Assembly: GCA_049415445.1 (NCBI GenBank)
Contig: JBMSGH010000014.1
Span: 6,603-70,602, forward strand
Reading direction: 5' to 3'
DNA: 64,000 bases
Source: Bacteriovoracaceae bacterium
Lineage (GTDB): Bacteria; Bdellovibrionota; Bacteriovoracia; Bacteriovoracales; Bacteriovoracaceae
The notes beneath the pieces were generated by a model. That model had not been told where the DNA came from. It ran no database searches and saw only the letters and a program-made list of their open reading frames with translations. Both the position numbers and the translations under genes were made by a program. Below are positions 35,054 through 44,990 of the stretch, piece by piece. The stretch's first letter is position 1; the number at the start of each line of letters is the position of its first letter.

Positions 35054-35668
35054 ATGAAAAAATCAATTCTTTTTATTTCTATGCTTATGGCCCCCATTTT
35101 AAGCAGCTATGGTTATTGGGGTACAGGTGTTTCTACTTATCCAATGCTGATGGATAATAAGTTTCTATCGACCGAAATTACTGGGGACTTTTCTGCAAAC
35201 GGTGGGCTTGGTTTTCAGGGTAGGTATACTCAGAAAATCAATCAGTCTACTATAGTAGATGCAGGGGTTGGCTTTTCAGGTGGTGATAGAACGGGAAGAA
35301 TCTTTGCGAGTATCGATTATGAAATTTTTCCTGACTATCAAAAACAACCTAGAATTTCTACTAAGGCCTTTTATGAGAACTCTGCAGAAGACGGGCAAAG
35401 AAAAAATATAATTGGAGTTATTCCAACTTTTAGTAAAGGTTTTAACTTTTGGGGACAAGAAGCTTACCCTTATGCATCCGTGCCAATGGGTGTAAGCCTT
35501 GATAAAAATAATAAAAGTTATGATACTTTTCTTAAGTTATCTTTAGGTATTTCAGGAAAGATTCCTTACGAGAGTCTTAAGCACCTAACGGCCTCAGTGG
35601 AAGGAACACTCAATATAAAAGACAGTTATTCTGGTCTTTATATGGCCCTTCACTTTCCTATTAATTAG
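35054..35668 (+). CDS. exported, probably beta-barrel, hypothetical protein
   Basis: It has a signal peptide and Gly/aromatic-rich alternating strands. A candidate promoter is TTGACG (34990) - 18 nt - TATACT (35014). Confidence 0.4.
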   Translation: MKKSILFISMLMAPILSSYGYWGTGVSTYPMLMDNKFLSTEITGDFSANGGLGFQGRYTQKINQSTIVDAGVGFSGGDRTGRIFASIDYEIFPDYQKQPRISTKAFYENSAEDGQRKNIIGVIPTFSKGFNFWGQEAYPYASVPMGVSLDKNNKSYDTFLKLSLGISGKIPYESLKHLTASVEGTLNIKDSYSGLYMALHFPIN

Positions 35669-35675
35669 GACTCCT

Positions 35676-36380
35676 ATGAAGTACGTTCTGTCCGATTTTG
35701 ATGGGACGCTAACCAACGAAAATATGATTGGACCTGAGTTTTTGCAGGTCCTTTCTTTTTTGAAAGAAAAAAAAATAGAGCTTGTTATTGTCACAGGTCG
35801 GTCTGTTTCTTGGGCCCATTTTTTACTAACTCATTTTCCCGTTCATACAGTTATAGCCGAAGGTGGAGGAGTTGCTGTTTCTAAGGATTTAACTCTAAAA
35901 ACCTATAGTTCAAGTGAGGAGCTTTCGAGACTAGATAAGTTAAGTAAAAGCTTAATAAAAGAATTTAAGGAGATTTCCTTATCAGCAGACTCTTTTGGGC
36001 GTTTATGTGATAGAGCAATAGAGTTAAGTTTATTAAAAGAGCTTAACCTTCTTGATAAAGTTCAATCTTTTTTACAAGGAAAATGTCACTTTAGCTGTTC
36101 TAATGTTCACCTTAATTTTTGGTTAGGAGATATATCAAAGGAAAAGGCATCCTTAGATTTTTGCCAATTAAATGATATTTCATCCAAGGATATTATATAT
36201 TTTGGAGATGCACCAAATGATCAGGGAATGTTTCGGACTTTTACCGAATCCGTTGGTGTGAGTAATATTTCAAGTTATCTAGATCAAATGGAGTCTAGGC
36301 CTAAATATATTTTGGAAGGAAAGGATAAAGAAGGGGCCAAAGGGGTTCTTTATTTTTTAAGAAATTCTTCTAAGATTTGA
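35676..36380 (+). CDS. HAD-IIB (Cof-type) phosphatase
   Basis: LSDFDGTLT (motif I), VIVTGRS (motif II) and YFGDAPNDQGMF (motif IV) are present. Confidence 0.7.
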   Translation: MKYVLSDFDGTLTNENMIGPEFLQVLSFLKEKKIELVIVTGRSVSWAHFLLTHFPVHTVIAEGGGVAVSKDLTLKTYSSSEELSRLDKLSKSLIKEFKEISLSADSFGRLCDRAIELSLLKELNLLDKVQSFLQGKCHFSCSNVHLNFWLGDISKEKASLDFCQLNDISSKDIIYFGDAPNDQGMFRTFTESVGVSNISSYLDQMESRPKYILEGKDKEGAKGVLYFLRNSSKI

Positions 36381-37417
36381 TAAAGTTCATTTTCTTTACT
36401 CTCATCAAAGTTTAAATTCTTTTTTAAATAATCTTTAAGGTCTTTTGGAAGAGGTGCCATGAAGTATTTACCTCCTTTGTAAGGAAGGGATATCCCAATA
36501 GAGTGAAGGGCCTGATGAGGTATTTCCATAATTTCATGGTCTTCATGGGAAGCATGGCCATCTTTAAAGCGCTGAAACATTTTATAATTACCTAGATAGA
36601 GCTTATCACCGAGTAGAGGAAGTCCCTTGGTTTGAGCATGAACTCTTATTTGATGTTGTCTGCCAGTTTTAGGAAAGGCAAGTCCATAGGCATAGGCTTC
36701 ATTTTTATAAAGAACTTTAAAGTGAGTAAGCGCCGTTTTACCGTTATCAGAGTCGTAAGGGAAGGAGTGGATAACGACTTTTTTCAATCCTTGTTCCTTA
36801 GGTCCTAATCTTTTATTAACTGTAAATTCGGTTTGGCCTTTATAAAGCTCTGAATTAATTTTAGAGATAAAGAAATAGGCCTTTTTGACCTGATCACTAT
36901 CAAAAAAATCTCTAACTATTTTGGCCGTTTGAGAGTTTTTACCGAGGAGAAGAATGCCACTTGTCTCTCTATCAATTCGATGCATACTGTGAACTTTTTG
37001 ATTTGTTTTTGATTCTAAGATGACAGTTGCACAGTTAAAGATATGGCGACCAGTTGGGTGTGTGCACATAAAGGGAGGTTTTGAGATAACAATGAGATCA
37101 TCATCTTCGTAAACGATGGGAGGAGTAGTTTCAAGTTCAACTTTTTTTCCATCCCAGTATTCGTCTTCATGAGTCGTTTTATGAATAACAAGTTCAATAA
37201 TTTCTTGATAGTGGACTTTGGTACTTGGACGGTGGGGAAAAGGTCGGCCCAATATTTTAACTTCTCCCATATCAATCTTTTTTTTAAGTAATTGTCTTGA
37301 AAAAGTCTCATAATAGGACATGAGAAATTGATCTAATCGAATACCATCGTATTTCTCATCGACTTCTAGGACGACGTCATAGCGCTTTTGTGAAAAAGTT
37401 TTTTTAAGTATGGGCAT
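36350..37417 (-). CDS. RluA-family pseudouridine synthase
   Basis: An S4-like N-terminus is followed by the catalytic HRIDRETSGILLLGKN and the QHQIRVH motif. Confidence 0.85.
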   Translation of the reverse strand: MPILKKTFSQKRYDVVLEVDEKYDGIRLDQFLMSYYETFSRQLLKKKIDMGEVKILGRPFPHRPSTKVHYQEIIELVIHKTTHEDEYWDGKKVELETTPPIVYEDDDLIVISKPPFMCTHPTGRHIFNCATVILESKTNQKVHSMHRIDRETSGILLLGKNSQTAKIVRDFFDSDQVKKAYFFISKINSELYKGQTEFTVNKRLGPKEQGLKKVVIHSFPYDSDNGKTALTHFKVLYKNEAYAYGLAFPKTGRQHQIRVHAQTKGLPLLGDKLYLGNYKMFQRFKDGHASHEDHEIMEIPHQALHSIGISLPYKGGKYFMAPLPKDLKDYLKKNLNFDESKENELYQILEEFLKK

Positions 37418-39609
37418 CAGTATCTTTCTTTAATCAAATACTGCAAAATGGCAAGGGCCCCTTGTTTAGAATATTGATATTTATCCGTGAGATTATTTAA
37501 AATCGATAGGATGGCCTCTCTGTCTTTTTCCGACATAGGAGTGACAATAGATTCATCACGCTCGGTTTCAGCTTGATAGAAGACTAAGTTCTTGGAAATA
37601 CTTTGAATGAGCTTTTTTTGCTCATTTCTAAAGCTTTCTTGAAGAGATCTTACAAGTTCAGGAAAAACTTCTGTATAAACCAAATCTTGCCCTGGGTTAT
37701 CCAAGGCAAAGGCCCCTAGCTTTGAGATAAGGTGGGAGCGAAACTTGTTAGAGTCTTCTTTTAAATTAATACTTGTTTCAAATTCTTTTATAAAATACTG
37801 ATCAGGGTCTTCATACTTTTCGGTAATAGAGTTTTTAACTTTTTCTCCTTTTATCATGGCATTGATATTGGAGATATACTTTTTAATATATGTTTCGTAG
37901 GAGCGCTCATCAACAAGGCCCAAACATTCTCTGAGCTCGGAATCAAAAATATTAATAAAATGATTTTTAATTAAATTAATAAATCTTATGGGGTTATGAT
38001 AGTCCCCTTGAGGGGTCATATTAAGAAAATCGAAATCATTTTTCTTGAGAATTAATTTTTCTAAATGGTCGAAAACTTCAATAAATGTAATATTATGATT
38101 TTCATAGCTGATTTGATAAAGGATATTTTTAATATCTCGAGGAGAAACCCCAAACTTTCCTTCGTAAAGGTTCTCATTCTCAAATTCGGCGATAATTTTA
38201 TTTTTCCCATTTTTAAGGGCCTGCTTAGACTCTGTGTCTAATCTTTCTGGTAGCACGTTCTCGGCCAAAAGAAGAGATTTCTCTAATGGGTTTAAATTTG
38301 AAACAATTGCTGAGAGTTTTTTGTCTTCATAATTTTTACTCTGGCAAGCACGAAGTCTTGTCATTACAGAGAATAGACATAAGGAAGCAAGAGCATGAGG
38401 TTCAAAGTGAGAGACCTCCTTGAGTCCGTTTATTTGATTAGTATAAATATTTTGTTCATCCTTATAGTTTAATAGATATGGAACACGAATAAAATTAAAG
38501 CGACCTTTAAATGAGTTAAAGTCTGGGTGTTGTTTAAAACCGGCCAGGTGTATTTCATTGGAGGTTCCAATAAAGAAAACATCTAAATCTGTAAGAATTC
38601 CACCAAGGTTAATATTTGAACTTTCCATTGTCATCAAAAGGTATTTAAAGGTATCTAATGGCCTTTTGAGAAGGTCTGAGTATTCTAATATTCCTCGGTT
38701 GGCCATGATAACTTCACCTCTTAGTGAAAAGAGGTTAAGGGATTGAAGGCTAGGAGGAAGTGAAGCAAGTCTTTTATCCATCGTTATCTGTTGCATTTGA
38801 GCATCTACATGAATTTGAGGCTCAATAGTAACGGCCCCTGCTGAGTACCGACGACTTATGTTAAAGCGTTCTATTCTTATATGCTTAAGGACTTCTGAAT
38901 GATTACCTTTGTAATTTTTAAGAAGGGCTTCATAAATCATCTGATTTCTTTTTGAGAGGTCTCCTTTGAAAAAATAGGAGCGCTCTAGGAACTTGAGATA
39001 CTCTGGAGAATCTGCAAAAGTTTCTCTTAAAATATTTTCTCTGTATTTTTTAGGAATGAGAAGAAGGGGATGGTCTTTAAGCTCAGAGTTTAATATTGCA
39101 CTGATTTCCTTATCTTGAAGGTGTGCATAACTATCAAGGTCAGACTTTACTACACCGGATGTTAGACCAACAGAACCTTTGACAAAAGTATCAATAGGAA
39201 ATATCCAAGAAAAGGTATGAAGGGCGCCTTGTTCTGTTTCAGAATAAATTTCTGCACCTTTCATTATTTTTTTAACAATACTTGATTTTGCTGAACCATT
39301 TGGCCCAACCAAAAGGATAAACTTGTTGTTAAATCCTTCCTCAATAAAATTTTTCAGGTTTCCAATAATGCCTTTTTCAGGACGGTCTTGGCCATAGACA
39401 GCAGGACAATCGAGGTCTTCTTGGGAGAAGAGGTTATATTTTTCATTTTCCTCATCTTTTCCAAAATGATGAAGCATATCCAGAATATATTTACTGGTTG
39501 GGCGGCAGTATTGAAGTGGTTTTTTTTCAAACTCATTCATGAATTCGCTAAAAGACATAACCTCAGTATTAGATTCACTATCGATATTTGCTTGTTCAAT
39601 CCATTCCAT
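37417..39609 (-). CDS. prkA: PrkA-family AAA/serine protein kinase
   Basis: Walker A is LLVGPNGSAKSS, within a long PrkA-type body. I moved the start to ATG 39609 (AAGGGA 7 nt upstream), because the ORF-track TTG at 39639 falls at the predicted transcription start. Confidence 0.85.
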   Translation of the reverse strand: MEWIEQANIDSESNTEVMSFSEFMNEFEKKPLQYCRPTSKYILDMLHHFGKDEENEKYNLFSQEDLDCPAVYGQDRPEKGIIGNLKNFIEEGFNNKFILLVGPNGSAKSSIVKKIMKGAEIYSETEQGALHTFSWIFPIDTFVKGSVGLTSGVVKSDLDSYAHLQDKEISAILNSELKDHPLLLIPKKYRENILRETFADSPEYLKFLERSYFFKGDLSKRNQMIYEALLKNYKGNHSEVLKHIRIERFNISRRYSAGAVTIEPQIHVDAQMQQITMDKRLASLPPSLQSLNLFSLRGEVIMANRGILEYSDLLKRPLDTFKYLLMTMESSNINLGGILTDLDVFFIGTSNEIHLAGFKQHPDFNSFKGRFNFIRVPYLLNYKDEQNIYTNQINGLKEVSHFEPHALASLCLFSVMTRLRACQSKNYEDKKLSAIVSNLNPLEKSLLLAENVLPERLDTESKQALKNGKNKIIAEFENENLYEGKFGVSPRDIKNILYQISYENHNITFIEVFDHLEKLILKKNDFDFLNMTPQGDYHNPIRFINLIKNHFINIFDSELRECLGLVDERSYETYIKKYISNINAMIKGEKVKNSITEKYEDPDQYFIKEFETSINLKEDSNKFRSHLISKLGAFALDNPGQDLVYTEVFPELVRSLQESFRNEQKKLIQSISKNLVFYQAETERDESIVTPMSEKDREAILSILNNLTDKYQYSKQGALAILQYLIKERY

Positions 39610-39643
39610 GCTTCGTCCCTTATTAAAATGGTCTTCCAAGTGT

Positions 39644-39672
39644 ATTATATCTTTGCTTTAATTTAATGTCAG
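39644..39672 (-). promoter_or_regulatory. near-consensus sigma70 promoter for prkA
   Basis: The minus strand reads CTGACA (39672-39667), a 17-nt spacer, then TATAAT (39649-39644). Confidence 0.5.
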
Positions 39673-39795
39673 TCTAAGAAGCGAGGTCGTGTCATCAAAA
39701 GGTTATACTTTATTGGAACTATCATCATAGTTTTAACGATCTGGTTAAAGTTCTCTGACCAAAATAATCAGGAAACCTATGGCCTTGATAAATAT

Positions 39796-40794
39796 ATGGA
39801 GGAAACACAGAAGCTTATTAGGACTTGGAGGGATGGAGATTATCTAGGGCATTATATCTCAGGGCGTTTTGAGTGTCCTACAATTCCACAGCTAAAGGAT
39901 ATTGGTAATAGCTATCTTAGATGCAATAAGCTTTTTCTTCAGTGTTTTATTGATCAAGTTAAATTTGAGTTTATTGATATAGAGAGTATTGAGTCTAAAA
40001 ATAATGGTGACGTGATTGTTGATATTAATTTAGCTCAGGAAACTAAAAAACTTGTTTTTAAAAATAAATGCAATGAAGTAAAGCTTCCTGAAAGATGGTA
40101 CGGATATGGGATTTATCCTAAAAAAGGTCAAGATACTGTTTGGAATAACTTTGATAGAGAGATCTTTGTCGATAAATATCAGGTAAGTATTTATGATATC
40201 TATATGTGGAATGAATCTCGAATTCCGGGGGCCATTAAGTCCGATCACTCTAAGTGGCATCTACCGGCCACATTTCTTCTTCAAAAAGATATGCACAATT
40301 ACTGCTTAGATCAGGGTAAGCAGGTGATGAATACTCTTATTTTTGATGCGGTATCTTTCTATCCCATCAATTATGATAGACCCAATAAAACACCTGTTTT
40401 TCGAGCACCTAATCCCTGGACAATTAAGTATAGAAATACTTTTTTAAACCCTCAATCAACACGTCCTCTTAATAAGAATGATTGTGCTCAGGCCTATGTG
40501 AAAGAGTGTAAGAAGAGCTTCAAGTATGAGGATTATTTAAAAAACTCAGTGTCGTGGAGTGGTGTTTTTCAAATTCTAGGTGGAGAGATGGAGTATATGA
40601 GAAACCCAATCGAACCTAAGAAAAACCTTTTTACTTCAAGCTCTTTATTCTCTCGCTTTTCTCCTTTTCATACTTCTGGTTTAAGGTTTTATTGGGATGG
40701 GTTAGGCCATGGGATTAAAAATTTTGATTTTTTAGATGATGATTCAAATCTTAAGACTGTGCCTGTGGCCTTTAGGTGTTTTAGATATGATTAA
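39796..40794 (+). CDS. hypothetical protein, weak FGE-sulfatase (SUMF1)-like features
   Basis: EIFVDKYQVSIYDIYMW and KDMHNYCLDQGKQVMNTLIFDAVSF resemble the FxIDKYEVTN / YC-GKRLPTE-EWE blocks. An in-frame upstream TM-encoding stretch lacks a canonical start (see findings). Confidence 0.35.
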   Translation: MEETQKLIRTWRDGDYLGHYISGRFECPTIPQLKDIGNSYLRCNKLFLQCFIDQVKFEFIDIESIESKNNGDVIVDINLAQETKKLVFKNKCNEVKLPERWYGYGIYPKKGQDTVWNNFDREIFVDKYQVSIYDIYMWNESRIPGAIKSDHSKWHLPATFLLQKDMHNYCLDQGKQVMNTLIFDAVSFYPINYDRPNKTPVFRAPNPWTIKYRNTFLNPQSTRPLNKNDCAQAYVKECKKSFKYEDYLKNSVSWSGVFQILGGEMEYMRNPIEPKKNLFTSSSLFSRFSPFHTSGLRFYWDGLGHGIKNFDFLDDDSNLKTVPVAFRCFRYD

Positions 40795-41548
40795 AGTTTT
40801 CTTATTTTTATGGGCCTCTGCACTTTATGCTCAAACCCCACAAGATGTTCGTCACTTTTTAGCTTTTTCAAATTCTCACAAAGTTTTAGAAAAAGATATA
40901 AGTAAGGTTATTGATAGACCTTATGGTGTATGGAAAGAGCTCATCCATTTTTATCATCCTGAAAAAAAAGAGTCTAAACTCTGTCTCGTTTACAGAGTGC
41001 CTTATAAAAACAAAGTTAAAGGAGAATTAAGTTTTATTGAAACCAAAGGGGACTGTATCGCAAACCGTGATAGGGGATGGACATTAGAAGATATTCAAAA
41101 TTTAAAGCTAGATATCAAATCAAATGAAATAAAGATGAGCTATGATAAAGGAGAGCTTGTTTTTAAGTTGTACAACCGCTCCAGTTCTTATTCGTGGGGA
41201 TATCATCCAAAATCTAAAAGCTCATTTAAAAAAGAGGCTCCTTTTTGGGATAGTCAAAGTTGGCGCTGTAAAAAAGTAAATGATAAATGCGAAGTTGTTG
41301 GTCAAGATAACTGTCATCTTTGTCCAACATCTACTTATACGGTCTTAAGGTCAAAATGTACCACCGATCAGGATAGGTATTGTGGTAAGGATCTATGTGG
41401 CCTTAAAAACTACCCAGCTTGTATTAGACATCTGTTTGCAGGCAATGAGTTTTTTCGAACAGGATGTTTTCAAAAGACAGATATAGGTCTCTGTAGCAGA
41501 GGGCTAGTAACTATATGTGATAAAGATAAGAATGTTATTTGTTATTAA
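40787..41548 (+). CDS. secreted protein with Cys-rich C-terminal domain
   Basis: ATG 40787 gives signal peptide MIKVFLFLWASALYAQ and an ATGATTAA overlap with the upstream stop. The last ~95 residues contain 12 Cys. Confidence 0.45.
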   Translation: MIKVFLFLWASALYAQTPQDVRHFLAFSNSHKVLEKDISKVIDRPYGVWKELIHFYHPEKKESKLCLVYRVPYKNKVKGELSFIETKGDCIANRDRGWTLEDIQNLKLDIKSNEIKMSYDKGELVFKLYNRSSSYSWGYHPKSKSSFKKEAPFWDSQSWRCKKVNDKCEVVGQDNCHLCPTSTYTVLRSKCTTDQDRYCGKDLCGLKNYPACIRHLFAGNEFFRTGCFQKTDIGLCSRGLVTICDKDKNVICY

Positions 41549-42692
41549 TTTGAATTTCCTCTCCTAGAAATTTCGCTTTAATTTTCTTGAACTTGTTTTT
41601 TGCTAATCCATCAATTCGTTTTTGAAATTCTTTACTATCTCGAGGAGGAATAAAGCAATCTTCGGTGGCCGCAAAAAAATGCTGACAAAGCTTTAAAGGA
41701 GAAAGAAGTGCACTTTGCTTAAGATCAAATTTTTTATTTATACTATCGTAGACAATTTGTGCTCTTCCAATAAATTGACCTTTTCCTGGAACAAGAAGAA
41801 CTGGTTTTGAATTAATATGGCCACTACTTGGATTTGAGGAGGGAGAAACGACGATATCTCCAAAAAAAGGAGGCATACGAGAAATAAAATCTTTTAATGG
41901 ATCTTTACCGGGACAAGATATATCAGTTCCCGTCTCTGCTAGCGCTTTTGGTTTTCGTCCGTAATCGGCCTGGCAAAGGGTAGGGGTATTAATGACGATG
42001 ATAGAAAAATCAACTTTTTCTCTGCGAAACTCTTTTTTGAGATGCAATAAGCTGATAATGGGGTCTTGAACATAGATGCCGTTAATAGTGGAGTCTGGCC
42101 CTTTAATTGTTTCTAAAAAGATGAGACCAAATTTAATACCATCTTTTTTAATGATTTTATAAGGAGAGAGATAAGTTCTTTTAATCCGAGTACCTAGTTG
42201 GAGGTCGATTATATTTTCATTAGAAAAATTGAGATTAAACTCAGGTCTTTTGGTCGCACTACTGGTGAGGTAGTTAAGAGCGAGGAAATCTTTTTTGGTA
42301 AAACCAATAGCATCATAACCAAGTTCTTCATAATGCATAAGTGTCTTTTCATTTTCATCAAAGCTTGTGGGGGATTGAAAAATTTCTCCTGTATCAATAA
42401 GAATGAAGCGATCACCATATCTTTTTTTATAAATATTAATATAGCTCTTTAGAGTATCGCCGCCGCCAATTTGAAGGTTATGATGGACTAATCTTTCATC
42501 AATTATCTCTGCTTCTTTATAACGTTTTGTTTCGCCATAAATTTCTCCTTGAAATTGAGAAGTAAAGGCCAAGTGATAAGTTAAGGCTTGAGCAGGCTCT
42601 TTCCACTCAGGTTGGGAGTAGACCTGCTTTTTTAAATCAGTTCGGTTACAAGACAGAAGTAAGAATAGTAACAGTAAATTAAAAATTTTCAA
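41535..42692 (-). CDS. lipoprotein, degenerate 5'-nucleotidase/metallophosphatase-like (tentative)
   Basis: Lipobox LLSC. IGGGDTLKSYINIYKKRYGDRFILIDTGEIFQSP and LGYDAIGFTKKDF parallel the UshA-type blocks, but the metal-ligand positions are substituted. Confidence 0.35.
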   Translation of the reverse strand: MKIFNLLLLFLLLSCNRTDLKKQVYSQPEWKEPAQALTYHLAFTSQFQGEIYGETKRYKEAEIIDERLVHHNLQIGGGDTLKSYINIYKKRYGDRFILIDTGEIFQSPTSFDENEKTLMHYEELGYDAIGFTKKDFLALNYLTSSATKRPEFNLNFSNENIIDLQLGTRIKRTYLSPYKIIKKDGIKFGLIFLETIKGPDSTINGIYVQDPIISLLHLKKEFRREKVDFSIIVINTPTLCQADYGRKPKALAETGTDISCPGKDPLKDFISRMPPFFGDIVVSPSSNPSSGHINSKPVLLVPGKGQFIGRAQIVYDSINKKFDLKQSALLSPLKLCQHFFAATEDCFIPPRDSKEFQKRIDGLAKNKFKKIKAKFLGEEIQINNK

Positions 42693-43875
42693 TTTTTGTT
42701 AGCTTTGAATAGGCTTTTTTTAAGGCCTCATAAATACGCTCATAACAATCTTTACCAGAGTGGGCACATATACTTATTCTCACGACTCCTCTTCCGGCCG
42801 AATCATCTACGCCCATAGATCTTAGTACACGGCTCGTGACAGGACTATTATCTGAACACGCAGAGCTGGTTGTTACAAAGATATTTTGTGACTCCAATTC
42901 TATTTGTATGGCCTGTCCATGAACACCTGGGTATGAAATATAGGTTGTTCCTGGAAGCCTTGGAGCATCTTGTCCAAAGATGACTGTTTCAGGAAAGTCA
43001 TTGTGAATTTTCTTTTCAAATTCATCTCTACTTTTTGATAGCTCACTATAAGCGTCTCTAGACTTCACACAATCCTCTAGTGCTACTGCAATGGTTTCGT
43101 ATCCGAGATAGTTTTGAGTACCACCACGATGACCTTTCTCTTGACCACCACCTAAAATGAAAGGCTTAAAAGAAGAAGGGTCTTTAATAATAAGAGCACC
43201 TGCTCCTGTCATGGCACCAATCTTATGACCAGATAAAACAGCAAAATCTAGACCGCTGTCTTTAAATTTAAAATCAGACTTTCCTAAAAATTGAGTCGTA
43301 TCAGAAAAGAAAGGAATATCTTGTCCTTTAATAAGCTCAGCTATTTCTGAAATCGGTTGAATAACTCCGGTCTCATTATTAGCGGCCATAACAGTCAGAA
43401 GAGCAATTTTTCCTTCGTATTTTCTAAGCAGCTCCTTAAGATTTTCAAGATCAACTTGGCCGTTAGGAAGAGTTTTAATAATTATCGTTTCAAAACCATC
43501 CTTCTCGTAACGAGAGGCCACATTATATATTGCAGAGTGCTCTATATCTGAAGTGATAATAATAGGTTTTTGTTGAGGATTGGTCTGAGAGCAAACTGAA
43601 TAGAAAACGGAATTAATCCCTTCTGTTGAACCAGAGTTAAATACGATTTGCTTTGGAATGGCCCCTAAATAACGAGCGCAGACAGCACGGGCATTTTCCA
43701 TGGCCATAAGTACTTTTTGACCCATTTTGTGAATAGCATTTGGATTAGCGAAGTGATCACCTTCAAGTCTTAGCTTAATATAATCTCTAACTTCTTTTGA
43801 TAGAGGACCACTTCCATTATAGTCAGCGTATATAGGTCTAATATTTTCTTCCATAAAAGTATTCATGTTTTCCAT
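42679..43875 (-). CDS. cysteine desulfurase (NifS/IscS-type class V PLP enzyme)
   Basis: IYADYNGSGPL, SGHKIGAMTGAGALI (PLP-Lys) and the SSACS active-site Cys loop are present. Confidence 0.85.
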   Translation of the reverse strand: MENMNTFMEENIRPIYADYNGSGPLSKEVRDYIKLRLEGDHFANPNAIHKMGQKVLMAMENARAVCARYLGAIPKQIVFNSGSTEGINSVFYSVCSQTNPQQKPIIITSDIEHSAIYNVASRYEKDGFETIIIKTLPNGQVDLENLKELLRKYEGKIALLTVMAANNETGVIQPISEIAELIKGQDIPFFSDTTQFLGKSDFKFKDSGLDFAVLSGHKIGAMTGAGALIIKDPSSFKPFILGGGQEKGHRGGTQNYLGYETIAVALEDCVKSRDAYSELSKSRDEFEKKIHNDFPETVIFGQDAPRLPGTTYISYPGVHGQAIQIELESQNIFVTTSSACSDNSPVTSRVLRSMGVDDSAGRGVVRISICAHSGKDCYERIYEALKKAYSKLTKIENF

Positions 43876-43877
43876 TC

Positions 43878-44984
43878 TTATATCTCCAGCATTCTATTTA
43901 AGGCCACGCGAGCATAATGCTTATCTTCCTTTGAAACTTTGATGATGTTAAAAGCTTGGCCCTCTTTAATGGCCTTGAGACTTGCTAATAACCATCTAGG
44001 TCTTACTCTATACATTGTCGTACAAAGACATTGATAAGGAGAAAGCGATTTAATCGTTTTATTAGTGTATTTTTGAGCGAGTCGATTAACAAGATTTATT
44101 TCTGTGCCCACCGCAAATTTTGTGCCTGGTGCTGCTTTTTCAATTTGTTCAATGATGTAGGCGGTAGAGCCAGCATCATCAGCATGTTGGACAACGTCAA
44201 AGCTGCACTCAGGGTGGACAATGACGATAGTTTCAGGGGACTCTTTTTTAATATTGAATATATGCTCTTTTGTAAAACCTTGGTGGACTGAGCAAAAGCC
44301 ATACCAGAGTATGACTTTGGCCTTTTGAACTTGTTCAGGTGTTAAACCACCATTGATGAGGTTAGGGTTATAAACAACCATTTCATCTAGTTTAATTCCC
44401 ATCTCATAACAGGTGTTTCTTCCAAGGTGTTGATCAGGAAAGAACAGAAGTTTTTGTCCTTTACTGAATGCCCAATTAATAATTTTTTTGGCATTCGAAG
44501 ACGTACAGATTGTACCATCGTGTTTACCAACAAAGGACTTGAGCTTGGCCGAGCAGTTTATATAGGTTATAGGGATGACTTTATCCTGTGTGCAGGATGT
44601 AAGAAAGTCAAAGGCCTTATTAACCTCATCATCATCGGCCATATCGGCCATGGAACAACCGGCATTTCTGTCAGGTAAGATGACATGCTGATGCTCTTTA
44701 GTAAGAATATCTGCTGTTTCTGCCATAAAATGGACACCGCAGAAAATAGTATAGGGGTTATCCACTTGGGCCGCTTTTTGGCTTAATTTTAAAGAATCAC
44801 CAGTTATATCTGCATACTGAATAATATCGTCACTTTGGTAATGGTGACCTAAGAGAACGACTTGGTCTTTAAGCTCTCGCTTTAAGTCCCATATACGCTC
44901 AAGGACTTCTTGATCTGTGCAGTCCTTTTCAGAAATTTTGGGAAGATGAGAGTCAAATTTATTTTCATTAAAGAGGTTAAGCAT
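43878..44984 (-). CDS. nadA: quinolinate synthase
   Basis: LGHHYQ, FCGVHFMAETADIL and VHPEC motifs are present, plus three conserved Cys regions. Confidence 0.9.
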   Translation of the reverse strand: MLNLFNENKFDSHLPKISEKDCTDQEVLERIWDLKRELKDQVVLLGHHYQSDDIIQYADITGDSLKLSQKAAQVDNPYTIFCGVHFMAETADILTKEHQHVILPDRNAGCSMADMADDDEVNKAFDFLTSCTQDKVIPITYINCSAKLKSFVGKHDGTICTSSNAKKIINWAFSKGQKLLFFPDQHLGRNTCYEMGIKLDEMVVYNPNLINGGLTPEQVQKAKVILWYGFCSVHQGFTKEHIFNIKKESPETIVIVHPECSFDVVQHADDAGSTAYIIEQIEKAAPGTKFAVGTEINLVNRLAQKYTNKTIKSLSPYQCLCTTMYRVRPRWLLASLKAIKEGQAFNIIKVSKEDKHYARVALNRMLEI

Positions 44985-44990
44985 AGAATT

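Noticed and set aside
40736-40786. N-terminal extensions proposed by the ORF track for 40736, 45415 and 48898
   Set aside because: In each case a downstream ATG gives a clean signal peptide or a conserved N-terminus with an SD or stop-start overlap. The extensions run through the preceding gene or through regulatory repeats.
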